Origin: a virus
Taxonomy: Duplodnaviria > Caudoviricetes
DNA length: 64,000 nucleotides
IMG/VR virus record: IMGVR_UViG_3300031555_003522
Span: 64,001 to 128,000 of that record
Strand: one strand, 5' to 3'
Below the pieces are notes generated by a model. It worked only from the letters and a program-made list of their open reading frames with translations, searched no databases and had not been told where the DNA came from. Below, piece after piece: positions 1 to 10,047 of the stretch (position 1 is its first letter; every line of letters starts with the position of its first letter). A program made the translations under genes and the position numbers.

Positions 1-1
1 T

Positions 2-1852
2 ACTCTAGACAATGCAATAAAGCTTGGGATTTTCTCTCCTGCGACTTATGTTTGTGCTATTTTTAATACAAATGATATACTAAAAAAGTATAGTAATGAT
101 ATTTCCTTGGAGCTTAAAGGAAGACTTGATCTATCAATCCAGAATGCCGTGAAGATAGATGAGATATTGAAAAAGCATACTTCTTCCTTAGATAATATTA
201 AAGGAATAGTATTTGTAGAAACTATAGATTCTGTTGATGAAGCATATGACTTAATAAGTAGCGTATTTCCGAACTTAATGGTCGAAAGTATTCATTCAAG
301 AAAATCAAAAATTGCAAATACCGAAATTATTGAGGAATTTGAAAAAGCAGAATCCGGTTTTATAATAGCAGTTGATATGCTAAATGAAGGCATTCATATA
401 TCTGGTATAAATACAATAGTCATGCTTAGAAAGACATTTAGCCCAACCCTATATAATCAGCAGGTAGGTAGAGGTTTTTCATCATCGGCTAATGAAAATA
501 CTATAATATTCGATTTTGTAGGAAATGTTGTTTCTATAGAAAAAACTTTATCTTTATATAGTAATACTCAAAGATATAAAAGTTTTATTATGAATTATAA
601 TAGTGATAAGGCCAGAGAGATATGTATATCAGATCAATGCATCATATACGATTATGCTTCTGATATTTTGGAGGTATTAAAAAATATAAATGATTATAGA
701 AATAAGAATAGAAAATGGACGCAAGAAGAGGATGATATAATTAGAAATAATTATAAAGACAAAGGCGCCGAAGGATGCTCTAAGTTATTAATGAACAGAA
801 CCATTTATGCATGTAGATCTAGGGCGCAAATACTAGGATTAAGCGATAGTTTTCAACCATGGACAGAAGAGGAAGATAATATTTTAAGAGAAAACTACCC
901 AAAGATTGGATCCAAAGTATTTGAACTAATTCCAAATAGAACGGTTAATGCTATAAAGAATAGGGTAATTTTACTCGGTTTAAGGGTATACGATCGAAAA
1001 TGGTCAGAGGATGAAATATCAATATTAAGAGATTACTATCCATCGGCTAGTATATCTACACTTATGGAGATGCTACCAAATAGAAGTTATAGTGCTATTA
1101 GAAATACCGCAGTCAAATATAATATTATACGCAATGATTGCTCTTGGACTGAAGATGAGGATAATATTATATTGATCAATTACCCTAAAATTGGAGAAAA
1201 AGTGGTAGAGTTACTTCCAAATAGAACCAAACGTGCAATCAGTAAAAGGGCCAATATCCTTGGTGTTAAACGATCGAACTGGATGTGGACAGAAGAGGAA
1301 GATAATATTTTAAGAGAAAACTATCCGAAAATCGGAAAGGATGTGGTAAAATTACTCCCTGGAAGGGGGTATAAAGCATGCTACACTAGAGCTAATGCGT
1401 TAGGATTAAAGGCCGATTCATCTTTTGATAGATGGACTGAAGAGGAAGATAATATTTTAAGAGAATATTATCCTAAAATTGGAGTAAAAGTGATCGATCT
1501 ACTTCCAAATAGGTCTATTAGTGCTATAAAAAGTAGAGCAAAAAATATCAATGTGCTATTAAATCGGCTGTGGACAGAAGAGGAAGATAATATTTTAAGA
1601 GAAAATTACTCCAAGAATATTAAAATAGAAGCTATAGCTGAACTTCTTCCTGGTAGAACCATTGATGGCGTAAGAGCTAGAGTAAAATATTTAGGAATAT
1701 GTAATAGAATTACTAGATGGACAGAAGAGGAAGATAATATTTTAAGAGAAAATTACTCCAAGAATATTAAAATAGAAGCTATAGCTGAACTTCTTCCTGG
1801 TAGAACCACCGAATCAATTAGAAAAAGAATATCGTATTTACAATCAAGATAA
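2..1852 (+). CDS. SF2 helicase C-terminal domain fused to 8 tandem Myb/SANT-like repeats (5'-truncated by window edge)
   Basis: Frame is open from position 2. Helicase motifs IVF, AVDMLNEGIHI and QQVGRG are followed by 8 x W(T/S)EEED.ILRENYP repeats. Confidence 0.85.
   Translation, partial: TLDNAIKLGIFSPATYVCAIFNTNDILKKYSNDISLELKGRLDLSIQNAVKIDEILKKHTSSLDNIKGIVFVETIDSVDEAYDLISSVFPNLMVESIHSRKSKIANTEIIEEFEKAESGFIIAVDMLNEGIHISGINTIVMLRKTFSPTLYNQQVGRGFSSSANENTIIFDFVGNVVSIEKTLSLYSNTQRYKSFIMNYNSDKAREICISDQCIIYDYASDILEVLKNINDYRNKNRKWTQEEDDIIRNNYKDKGAEGCSKLLMNRTIYACRSRAQILGLSDSFQPWTEEEDNILRENYPKIGSKVFELIPNRTVNAIKNRVILLGLRVYDRKWSEDEISILRDYYPSASISTLMEMLPNRSYSAIRNTAVKYNIIRNDCSWTEDEDNIILINYPKIGEKVVELLPNRTKRAISKRANILGVKRSNWMWTEEEDNILRENYPKIGKDVVKLLPGRGYKACYTRANALGLKADSSFDRWTEEEDNILREYYPKIGVKVIDLLPNRSISAIKSRAKNINVLLNRLWTEEEDNILRENYSKNIKIEAIAELLPGRTIDGVRARVKYLGICNRITRWTEEEDNILRENYSKNIKIEAIAELLPGRTTESIRKRISYLQSR
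1571..1808 (+). repeat. 91-bp exact duplication (1571-1661 = 1718-1808) encoding the last two Myb-like repeats
   Basis: Identical sequence tggacagaagag...ggtagaacca read at both positions. Confidence 0.9.
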
Positions 1853-1930
1853 AAAATAAAGGTGGGATTTCCTCACCTTTATTTTTTTTTTAACTTATTT
1901 ATAAAGACTTATGTAAAGGAGCGTAGACTA

Positions 1931-2377
1931 ATGAAACTCAATAGATCTAAATTTACACATTATCTTGATATATTGTCTTTTACCATATTGTCTGTAGTAA
2001 CTACAGTGTATATGTTTATTGGAATTGCTAGACAAGAAGCAATTATGCAACCAGCTATGGCGTTTGCTATGGTATATCTTATGAATTTAATCTTCTATAG
2101 ATTATGCCTAGAATTTGATGGTACATTTAAACCTGAAAATAAATATACTACTGTATATTTTTTGAGCTTATTATATCTTCTAGGTATTATTGCTACTATT
2201 TCACTTTTGGTATATCTTATTTATTTTGCATTTATTGCTTTACATGATGAAATAGTATCAGAGATGTTTACAGATCATGTCTTTTATGCTACTATAGTAG
2301 GTTGTATTTTTAGTATTTTTATTTCTATAGATAATACCACAACACTATACAATCTTTATATAAAAGATAATAAATAA
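1931..2377 (+). CDS. 4-TM membrane protein, hypothetical
   Basis: SD aaggag before ATG 1931; four hydrophobic segments; late-type promoter at 1892-1903. Confidence 0.75.
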   Translation: MKLNRSKFTHYLDILSFTILSVVTTVYMFIGIARQEAIMQPAMAFAMVYLMNLIFYRLCLEFDGTFKPENKYTTVYFLSLLYLLGIIATISLLVYLIYFAFIALHDEIVSEMFTDHVFYATIVGCIFSIFISIDNTTTLYNLYIKDNK

Positions 2378-2411
2378 AAAAAGAAGAGAGCTGTTATGCT
2401 CTCTTCTTTTA
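2376..2411. terminator. Bidirectional intrinsic terminator
   Basis: aaaagaagagagc-tgttat-gctctcttctttt between convergent genes. Confidence 0.8.
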
Positions 2412-2426
2412 CTTTTCTATTTTCTA

Positions 2427-3059
2427 TTATGTCGATCTAATAAGTTGATCGATTATTTGTTCCATATAAGTTCTAGCATCATTGATCTCTCGATCCATCT
2501 TATCGAAATATTCTTTACTGCATAATTCATCTGTATTTTTAGCCAGACTTGTATGGATTATTGCTTCAAATTTGACATATATTTTATCCCCACAATATCC
2601 AGGATGTTGTTTAACAATTAGTTTATCTTTATAAGCCTCTATTAATTCAAATAATTTCTTTCTTTTATCTTCCCATTCAATATCTAGAATTTCAAGAGAA
2701 GGAAATTTAAATATTGGCCTATCACCTTTCCAGTTACGGGTAATTAGATCAGGATCATATGCTATAATCTCTCCATAGTCATAAAAAATACTAATACCCA
2801 ATGCAGCACAAGCCTTATGAGCAATAACTGTATCTCCATGAATCTCAACAAAATCGGATAGACATTTATTACATCTGGCATTTACAACCATTTTAGTATC
2901 TAAAAGAATAAAATTAGTCAGATCTCCTTCTAATTTAGTAAATGTCATTTTAGGAGGAGTTACAGTAATTATTTTATGGCAATATTTGCAATATAGATAT
3001 CTGGTTTCTCCATCATGACTATCAGATAAGCATACTCTCATCATATTATTGATACTCAT
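2427..3059 (-). CDS. Zn-ribbon (CxxC..CxxC) family protein
   Basis: CKYC...CNKC; SD ggagg upstream. Confidence 0.7.
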   Translation of the reverse strand: MSINNMMRVCLSDSHDGETRYLYCKYCHKIITVTPPKMTFTKLEGDLTNFILLDTKMVVNARCNKCLSDFVEIHGDTVIAHKACAALGISIFYDYGEIIAYDPDLITRNWKGDRPIFKFPSLEILDIEWEDKRKKLFELIEAYKDKLIVKQHPGYCGDKIYVKFEAIIHTSLAKNTDELCSKEYFDKMDREINDARTYMEQIIDQLIRST

Positions 3060-3063
3060 TTTA

Positions 3064-4149
3064 TTATTCCTCCTTATCAAAATGATGAATAATCTCATCC
3101 ACAAATTTAAATAATGTATTTTTTAACCATGCTTGATCAGCTTCAGGAACTTTATCCTGAATATTAATGCTTTTAGGAATCTTAGGCCCTATTCTCAATG
3201 ATGGATTTTCATCCATAAACATTACTTCAAGATTACGCTTCTTCTGAGATGCTTTTGCAAGAATTACACTTACAACTTCAGGCTTTGTTTCTACTATATT
3301 AATCATAATATACGGATAGGAGTAATTCTCAACTTCTTTTAACGATGTAGTATTGTTATTAGTCCTAATTGTATCTATCATTTCTTTATGCCCAGAACAA
3401 CAATATTCGGTAGCAATACCAAGAAGATTAAGTTTAATTATCCTATCTACAAAATCTTCATCACACTCGAACATGCTCTGGTTGCAACTAGTACATATAG
3501 GCGCAAATGTAGTTCGTGTTCTTTCAATATCAAAGTTTTCAATATCAGAAGTAATACTAAATGTGGTTTCGCTCTTTACATTGAAAGATACTCTACCAAA
3601 GCAGGATGGACAAATAAATGTAGTCTTTACATGATCTATTTCAGAAATCTTATCATGATATAAGAAATTATTTCTATTCATATTTGCAGGAATACCGCCT
3701 TGCCAGTGCGATTGTATAGGATCTTCGTCATTTTTATCTAAAGGTAACATAACTGGTCCTATTGAATAACCTCTAGATTTTCTGTTTTTATAGTAATCTT
3801 CTATAGTAATACCATCCATTGTATTATAAATAGATAATACAACCATTTCTATGAATCCAAGATAATAATCACATTTAACAGTATCTACAGATACAACTGT
3901 TACATCTATACTATCGGGTGCATATGGATGCATGGTTACTTCCACCATCTTTTTTCCGGTAATATATGTGTAGTCCGATTTCCACACTTCTTCAATTACA
4001 TGCATTATTCCAACTTGGGTTCTAGCACTATTTGATAAATCAAGACTAAATCTATTGCTATCAGGATAAAATGAAACCCCAATACCAATAAAATTTAGTT
4101 GATCTTTTATAGACTCTAATCTATCTTTTAAAATTTCTGCTTTACTCAT
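3064..4149 (-). CDS. Zn-ribbon family protein with N-terminal extension
   Basis: CPSC...CTSC, plus CCSGH motif. Confidence 0.7.
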   Translation of the reverse strand: MSKAEILKDRLESIKDQLNFIGIGVSFYPDSNRFSLDLSNSARTQVGIMHVIEEVWKSDYTYITGKKMVEVTMHPYAPDSIDVTVVSVDTVKCDYYLGFIEMVVLSIYNTMDGITIEDYYKNRKSRGYSIGPVMLPLDKNDEDPIQSHWQGGIPANMNRNNFLYHDKISEIDHVKTTFICPSCFGRVSFNVKSETTFSITSDIENFDIERTRTTFAPICTSCNQSMFECDEDFVDRIIKLNLLGIATEYCCSGHKEMIDTIRTNNNTTSLKEVENYSYPYIMINIVETKPEVVSVILAKASQKKRNLEVMFMDENPSLRIGPKIPKSINIQDKVPEADQAWLKNTLFKFVDEIIHHFDKEE

Positions 4150-4173
4150 ATTAATCACCTTTAATATATTTTA

Positions 4174-4812
4174 TTAGATACCCCTCTCCTCTATATTTTC
4201 AATAAAATGCTTGAGGAATCTAAGTAGACGATCATCAGATATTTTACAATTATAATCGAGTTTTTCATCTCCGCCAATATCTTCCTTGTTAAGGAATCCA
4301 AATCTAGAGTTATAAGATAATGGATGATAGAATGCACTAGAAATTGTAATACCACCAAGATCATCATTATTTTCTTCTTGGATTCTCTCCAAATTAAATT
4401 CTTCACTTTCACTACAAGTAAGGACGAAATTTGTAGTATGATAGAAATGCCAATTGGGCTCAAAAGATATAGTAATATTTGCACCACTACAATAAGTATC
4501 AAATTGTGTAATACTTGAATTATTAGTAATATAATTTGGTGTATAAAATGCTTTATTTACTTCTAATACTTTAACACCTAGAGTTCTAAGTTTTTCACAA
4601 GTTTCTACAAACTTAACATCCATATCTATCATTCTAGTACCGCATAAACAATTTGATCTACACCCTATAGAAATATTAAGAGTACTATAATCTATAGCAA
4701 CTTCTGTAGTAACTGTAGAAGGTCTATTTACTTTAGTAAATATTTTGAGTTCTTCTTTAGCACCACATTTAGGGCACCACATAATAATTGTATGAGTTTT
4801 ATAATTTTGCAT
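4174..4812 (-). CDS. Zn-ribbon family protein
   Basis: CPKCG...CLCG. Confidence 0.7.
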   Translation of the reverse strand: MQNYKTHTIIMWCPKCGAKEELKIFTKVNRPSTVTTEVAIDYSTLNISIGCRSNCLCGTRMIDMDVKFVETCEKLRTLGVKVLEVNKAFYTPNYITNNSSITQFDTYCSGANITISFEPNWHFYHTTNFVLTCSESEEFNLERIQEENNDDLGGITISSAFYHPLSYNSRFGFLNKEDIGGDEKLDYNCKISDDRLLRFLKHFIENIEERGI

Positions 4813-4878
4813 ATATTTTACATATCCTTTTCTTTAATTACTGTATTGTAAAAATACTATTCAATTGCTAATTTGCTC

Positions 4879-5641
4879 TTAATCAAAGATGATAGGCTCT
4901 ATCATATTCTCAGGATCGTAGCCCATTGCTAATAAAGTAAGATATCGATCTATCTGATAGTCTGAGGCATAGTTAACATGTTTCATATGACCAGTTATAG
5001 GAGGGATATGCCTTAGCGTAATCTCTCCAGTTAAATTATCTCTATTTCTGAGTAAGTACACATTATCTTCGTTACAATCATATAGGGCAAAATAATCTAT
5101 TTCATCTACGTTATATACTGTTCTTTTTGGAATAGCTTTACCATGATCAAAAACATTTCCTTTGGATACTAACTGGAACAGTGTACCACCATTATCCACT
5201 CCAACACATCTAGAAGAAGATTTAACTTGTATTCTTTGCAGTTTTCCATCAAATTCAGCAACCAAATCTACCTTAGTATTATCAAGAATTGGCGTGTATA
5301 CCTGTATGCCATGTTCTGCAAATTTTCTTTATGGTAGCAACCTCACCTATTTTACCGACAAGTCCAGTATTATTTGTGCTTTTATCCACAGCCCTTGTAT
5401 CTGGTCTATACAATTCACATTGTATTGGATTTCTTTTTCTATCCTCACTAATCTTATTTCTATTTTCTAAAGACTTAGATCTGTTTTCTTCGGAATTTAA
5501 AGCCTGTATTTGATTCTGCCTTCCCTGAAATGTAACGTATTCATTTGAATACTTTCTAGCACATGTAGCTGAACAAAATCTTCCACTTCCATATGTGCCA
5601 TCATGCGGTTTTCTGCAATATTCACATATAATATCATTCAT
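4879..5641 (-). pseudogene. PD-(D/E)XK homing-type endonuclease with N-terminal Zn finger, split by a single-base frameshift near 5323
   Basis: CEYC...FCSATC finger; skipping one A in AAG AAA A TTT GCA joins the two ORFs into G.IGE...FAEHGIQVYTPILDNTKVDLVAEFDGKLQRIQVKS (PDDEXK_5-like). Confidence 0.75.
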
Positions 5642-5748
5642 ATAAATTACCTCTTTCTAATGTATTAAAAGTATATTTCAGCTATATAATATATTTATGA
5701 ATAAAAGATTAATATTATTTGTACATATTATTAGTCTTTAATAGATAC

Positions 5749-5825
5749 GGGCCCATCGCCTAGCTGGTTAAGGCCTTCTGCTCATAACAGAACCACCGCA
5801 AGTTCGAGTCTTGCTGGGCCCACCA
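5749..5825 (+). tRNA. tRNA with CAT anticodon, probably tRNA-Ile2 (lysidine, reads AUA)
   Basis: Acceptor GGGCCCA/TGGGCCC, anticodon arm TTCTG-CTCATAA-CAGAA, TTCGAGT T-loop, encoded CCA. C4:G69 and C5:G68 pairs are typical TilS determinants. Confidence 0.9.
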
Positions 5826-5852
5826 ACCCCTTTTGGGGTCCCATTTTCTTCC

Positions 5853-6035
5853 GTGGTAATACTTTTGTCCTAGACGCCCCGCGTCATCACCTGCCCAAGA
5901 TTTAATAATTTGAGCTTTTGATTGTTTATTGAGTTTTGTGATCACCTCCTATGTATCATTAAAAATTTCTTTAACAATATTTCATATATAAAAGACAAAT
6001 TCTAAATCAACTTCCATCTCTCAAAGTATTACCAC
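5853..6035 (+). ncRNA. Candidate structured RNA in tRNA trailer, with anti-SD loop
   Basis: 13-bp closing stem GTGGTAATACTTT (5853-65)/AAAGTATTACCAC (6023-35); internal hairpin with CACCTCCT in its loop; terminator follows. Confidence 0.5.
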
Positions 6036-6042
6036 AAAAACG

Positions 6043-6084
6043 AATAAGCACGGATGCTCTACCATCCGTGCTTATTTTTTTTTT
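6043..6084. terminator. Intrinsic terminator
   Basis: aataagcacggatg...catccgtgcttatt + T tract. Confidence 0.8.
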
Positions 6085-6692
6085 CATAATCCATATCTGG
6101 AAAGATGCTCCAATATATCAAATGCAAACTCAAGCATATGCTCTTTCAATATAGCATAAGATTCTACATCTTTTAATGTGTAGGATTTTTTATTTTCTAA
6201 AGCTTCTTTAATTTTTGGTCTAAATTCCACAGTACCAGCATGTGTGGTTATCATATCACCATATTTATCATGATATTCCATCTCAATAAGTGTACGAGAT
6301 AAAAACTTTCTTTTCTCGTATCCTATATCTATGTAGAAGGATATAGAAGGAAATACGATAATAGGCTTGCTCAAGTCCATAGATCCATCATCATTTAAAC
6401 TACCTATAGAACCTACATTCACTATCATAGGAAATCCATATGAATAAGATCTTGTAAATAGCTTAATTGCTTCATTATCTGTGATATATTTCATCTCTTG
6501 ATCACAGAGATTGCATGTTGCTCTTATCATACAGTCAGGAAAGTTGAAAGTAGTTGTATCAAGAATAGAATTTATAGCTGAGATTTTGGCAAAATTTGAT
6601 ATTCGTGCTTCATACTTAAGTTCTTTACCACAACATGGACATACTAAATGTGCATCCATGACCGCAGTACTTTCAATACTCTTGTTAGCCAT
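6084..6692 (-). CDS. Zn-ribbon family protein
   Basis: CPCCG...CNLC. Confidence 0.7.
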   Translation of the reverse strand: MANKSIESTAVMDAHLVCPCCGKELKYEARISNFAKISAINSILDTTTFNFPDCMIRATCNLCDQEMKYITDNEAIKLFTRSYSYGFPMIVNVGSIGSLNDDGSMDLSKPIIVFPSISFYIDIGYEKRKFLSRTLIEMEYHDKYGDMITTHAGTVEFRPKIKEALENKKSYTLKDVESYAILKEHMLEFAFDILEHLSRYGL

Positions 6693-6940
6693 CCTCCAGT
6701 ATCTCCTTTACGTTCCTTATTATATCTTTTAGAATAACGTCTAAGTATTAAATATACTATTTCTGTATTAATCTGCTTGGCGTGTACAGGATTGGGAGAA
6801 TACCAATTTTCTCCAAGTAGATAACGGCGTAGAAAATCAATGGCCGTTTCTGCATCCATTGGGGGTGCCATTATACCATAATCGTCTTGTTCATTAATCC
6901 ATTCATCGAATGTCTTATTCTTATTTTTCATATTATTCAA
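6644..6940 (-). CDS. Small hypothetical phage protein
   Basis: ORF track; co-oriented with and overlapping the next gene. Confidence 0.6.
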   Translation of the reverse strand: MNNMKNKNKTFDEWINEQDDYGIMAPPMDAETAIDFLRRYLLGENWYSPNPVHAKQINTEIVYLILRRYSKRYNKERKGDTGGWLTRVLKVLRSWMHI

Positions 6941-6996
6941 TTCCTTTCATTTTCATGTATTATTGTTTAGTTACAAGCATAATTAAGCTCCTCTTG

Positions 6997-7008
6997 AACA
7001 ATATAATA
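6997..7008 (+). promoter_or_regulatory. Late-type phage promoter AACA-N6-TA
   Basis: AACA ATATAA TA; motif recurs before about 20 units and matches the AR9 non-virion RNAP consensus. Confidence 0.7.
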
Positions 7009-7035
7009 ATTATATAGAATGTGAGGGAATCTCAT

Positions 7036-8802
7036 ATGATTTATTCATTGAGTGAAAATGTAAAATATATGAGATCTATACAGAGCCCATATGATGCTCG
7101 TAAGAGATCTTACTCTAGTGATAACCCATTTGAGAGTTTAGCATTAACCAATCCAGAATTGTTCAATGAAGCTAAACTTCAGGCATTGGAAAAAAGTAGA
7201 AATCTTGTAAAAGATTTTGATGATTATTTCGGAAAAATATTGGATGCAGATAATGCTAGGTTTAGGGAATTTGCAAAAGATAAAGGCGAAAAATGGACAG
7301 ATAAAGATCTTGATGATTATCAGGATATGTTTAACGTGTCTATACACACGGCCATGTACTCTGATTTCGAAGCATTAAAACAGACAACCGGTTTATCTGA
7401 TACTATAATAAATAGAATGATTTATAAAGCGTATATTCCTGATTCTCTTACAGAAGAGGGATGTAAAAAGCTTATAGATATCAGAATGAAACAAAGTCAG
7501 CTCCTTATAGATGCATTATATGATATGCTTGAGATGAATTATATAATGCTTGGTATAGATGCCGGACGGGCTAAAGATCTCTCTAAGAAATTAGGAGATC
7601 CAAAAACATCAGATAAAGCTATAGGTGATATAAAATCTGCATTATCTAACCCAAAAACGTTAGAAAAATTTAGAATGGGTCTTAGTAATTATGACTTTAG
7701 ACCCATTGGTGGTGCATGTGTATTTATTGCGACTGGATTAGATTTATCTTCTGCTAATCCAGTAAAATATATACCCAATCTATTTAAGTATGATGCTATT
7801 GTATTTGGCCATGGTCAATATAGTAGAAATGAGAGGCCTTATACTCCTTTAGGAATGTGGGTTAAAAATGTAAAAGATGTGCTTAAAAAGATACACATGT
7901 ACATGGATGGACTTATCAAACTTTCTAAAGAATACGAGGGAATTATTAGTGATTCTTTGAAGTCTGATATATCTACATTAAAGTTTTATATAGATGGACT
8001 TCTCTCTAAAAAACTATATGAAAATGATATTGTAGAATTCAGAAATAGGGTTGAATCTCTATTAAATAAAATGATAGAAGAATCTACCCATATTTCTAAT
8101 ATAGAGCAAAGAAGTAAACTAATAAGATATATAGATATGATAGATTATGCCTATCAACCCATCATTAGTAGACTCGATATAGATCAAGCAAAGATGGATG
8201 GGAAGGCTGCTACATGGGTAGTACAGCCAGTGTCTACTTTAGAGCATCAGAATCTAACTCATATTGTAGATATTGTAAGAGCCCTTAAAAAAGAAGGATT
8301 TAAGAATATCCTAATTAATTCTTGTAATCCTGGAGGGGTAAAACTACCTAAAGATATCATAGATGATCCATCAATAACAGTCACTATGGGAAAATATAGT
8401 GTACTTAAAGAAACTTCTATTATCTTTAATGAAAGTTTTGAAGGCATTAAAACTAAGATAAAGAAAGCTGTAAATTCTGCAAAAGAAGCTATAGGAAGAA
8501 TTACTGGAAACTGTCGTAAACTAATAAAAAATATAAGCGATGTATTAAAAGATACAAAGAAGAATTGCTTTAAAAATGTAGAATTTACTTATATCGCTGT
8601 TAGCGGAACAAGAGCTAGAATTGTAAAAGATACTTATGATTCTACATCTATTCTTGAGAAACAACTAAATAATTCGAGTAACACTATTATTGGATTAATT
8701 GAGCGTCGTCTTAAAGATGATGTAGAATATTACGGTCGGCTTGAAAAAGTATCCAATAATTCAGTTAATGAAAATCCTTTCTCTAATATCAAATTTAAAT
8801 AA
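7036..8802 (+). CDS. Large hypothetical protein, likely virion internal protein (MIYSLSE leader)
   Basis: Long ORF, late promoter, leader motif shared with other late genes. Confidence 0.65.
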   Translation: MIYSLSENVKYMRSIQSPYDARKRSYSSDNPFESLALTNPELFNEAKLQALEKSRNLVKDFDDYFGKILDADNARFREFAKDKGEKWTDKDLDDYQDMFNVSIHTAMYSDFEALKQTTGLSDTIINRMIYKAYIPDSLTEEGCKKLIDIRMKQSQLLIDALYDMLEMNYIMLGIDAGRAKDLSKKLGDPKTSDKAIGDIKSALSNPKTLEKFRMGLSNYDFRPIGGACVFIATGLDLSSANPVKYIPNLFKYDAIVFGHGQYSRNERPYTPLGMWVKNVKDVLKKIHMYMDGLIKLSKEYEGIISDSLKSDISTLKFYIDGLLSKKLYENDIVEFRNRVESLLNKMIEESTHISNIEQRSKLIRYIDMIDYAYQPIISRLDIDQAKMDGKAATWVVQPVSTLEHQNLTHIVDIVRALKKEGFKNILINSCNPGGVKLPKDIIDDPSITVTMGKYSVLKETSIIFNESFEGIKTKIKKAVNSAKEAIGRITGNCRKLIKNISDVLKDTKKNCFKNVEFTYIAVSGTRARIVKDTYDSTSILEKQLNNSSNTIIGLIERRLKDDVEYYGRLEKVSNNSVNENPFSNIKFK

Positions 8803-8888
8803 TAATACAGGTAGGTCATTATGACCTACCTGTTTGATTTTTACATAATTTTAAACTTTTTAATAATCTATTGAAGGGGGTATTTATT

Positions 8889-9356
8889 ATGGAAATACAT
8901 CATAGTGATGATTTGGGAAGAAAATATAATCATATGCTTTTTAATGCTTGTATTTCATATTTTATAAGCATAATTACATCTATACTTTATATTGATTGTA
9001 CAATTAATGGATATTATGCTGCTGGGTTTATGATTAATTCTGCAGGTATTGTCTTAGTATCCAAATTCATTCTACATATGTATGAATATTTTATAGCGGC
9101 TTTTAAATACACTGAAAATGTGAGATACAGTGGAGGGGTACATAGATATATTAGTATATTTCTGTTAGCTATTAATGGAGTTTTTTATATTATCTCACTA
9201 ATTAATTATAGAATGAGTTTTGATAGTTCTATTAATAATACAGAAGAAGAGTTATTTATCACAATAGCATTTTGTATGTGGACTTTTGTAATTTACTCTA
9301 CTCTGGATAAGGTAAATTCTAGAGTGGAAGAATATATTAAAATGATTAAGGGTTAG
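8889..9356 (+). CDS. 4-TM membrane protein, hypothetical
   Basis: Hydrophobic segments; promoter AACT-N6-TA at 8854-8865. Confidence 0.7.
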   Translation: MEIHHSDDLGRKYNHMLFNACISYFISIITSILYIDCTINGYYAAGFMINSAGIVLVSKFILHMYEYFIAAFKYTENVRYSGGVHRYISIFLLAINGVFYIISLINYRMSFDSSINNTEEELFITIAFCMWTFVIYSTLDKVNSRVEEYIKMIKG

Positions 9357-9380
9357 GGATTATATCCCTAACCCTCTTTT

Positions 9381-9938
9381 TTATCTACTATAATACTTTA
9401 TTCTATTTTTAAGACGATTTGCCTCTTCACGATATTTTGTTTTAAGCTCTTTATCATCAGTTTTGTCTGCTTTATCTCTAAGAAGCTTAACCATATCTTC
9501 TGCTTCGGATTTACATTTCTTAAATTCTGCTGTATCTATAGCTAGTCTAAGAAGTCTATCTATAAGTTTAGTAATAATGAAACCGATCATCCAAAGCAGC
9601 CAACCCTTAATACTAAAAGGAGCGAATGGGGCAATAGCATTAATATATACAAAAAAGTTTCCAATTGTTTCTACAACATCAATACCAATGCTAAGAATAT
9701 CTAAAATAATCTGAATTGCTCTTTTACCGAAATTCATATATTTATTTAGATCTTTAGATAATTCTTCATCAGAAAGATCTACAGAATCTTTGACTTTTTG
9801 CATGGCCTTCTTTAGACCTCTATAGTCATTACCCTCTTGAAGGAAATTATTTAGAAACCAATCAAACTTGGCTCCTTCATTGAGAGTGATTATATTATCA
9901 TTAATAAATTCTACTTCATTAAAAATACCATAATCCAT
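9381..9938 (-). CDS. Putative virion protein with hydrophobic hairpin, paralog of 18758-19429
   Basis: Shared EGAKFD...EG.DY.GLKK...KR..Q core; promoter 9966-9977 (-). Confidence 0.75.
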   Translation of the reverse strand: MDYGIFNEVEFINDNIITLNEGAKFDWFLNNFLQEGNDYRGLKKAMQKVKDSVDLSDEELSKDLNKYMNFGKRAIQIILDILSIGIDVVETIGNFFVYINAIAPFAPFSIKGWLLWMIGFIITKLIDRLLRLAIDTAEFKKCKSEAEDMVKLLRDKADKTDDKELKTKYREEANRLKNRIKYYSR

Positions 9939-10047
9939 AGTACTTTTCACCTCTATTTATAATATTATTAATTTGTTAAATAATGGTATTAAAATTGTCA
10001 ATATATACAAAAACTTAAACTAAAAGGTAAAAAGGAGGTATTATATA

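Noticed and set aside
1571-1808. DGR template/variable repeat pair
   Set aside because: The copies are identical, in-frame protein repeats; no adenine-specific differences and no reverse transcriptase
5760-5945. 61-aa minus-strand ORF
   Set aside because: Antisense to the tRNA; its GTG start lies inside the apparent SD
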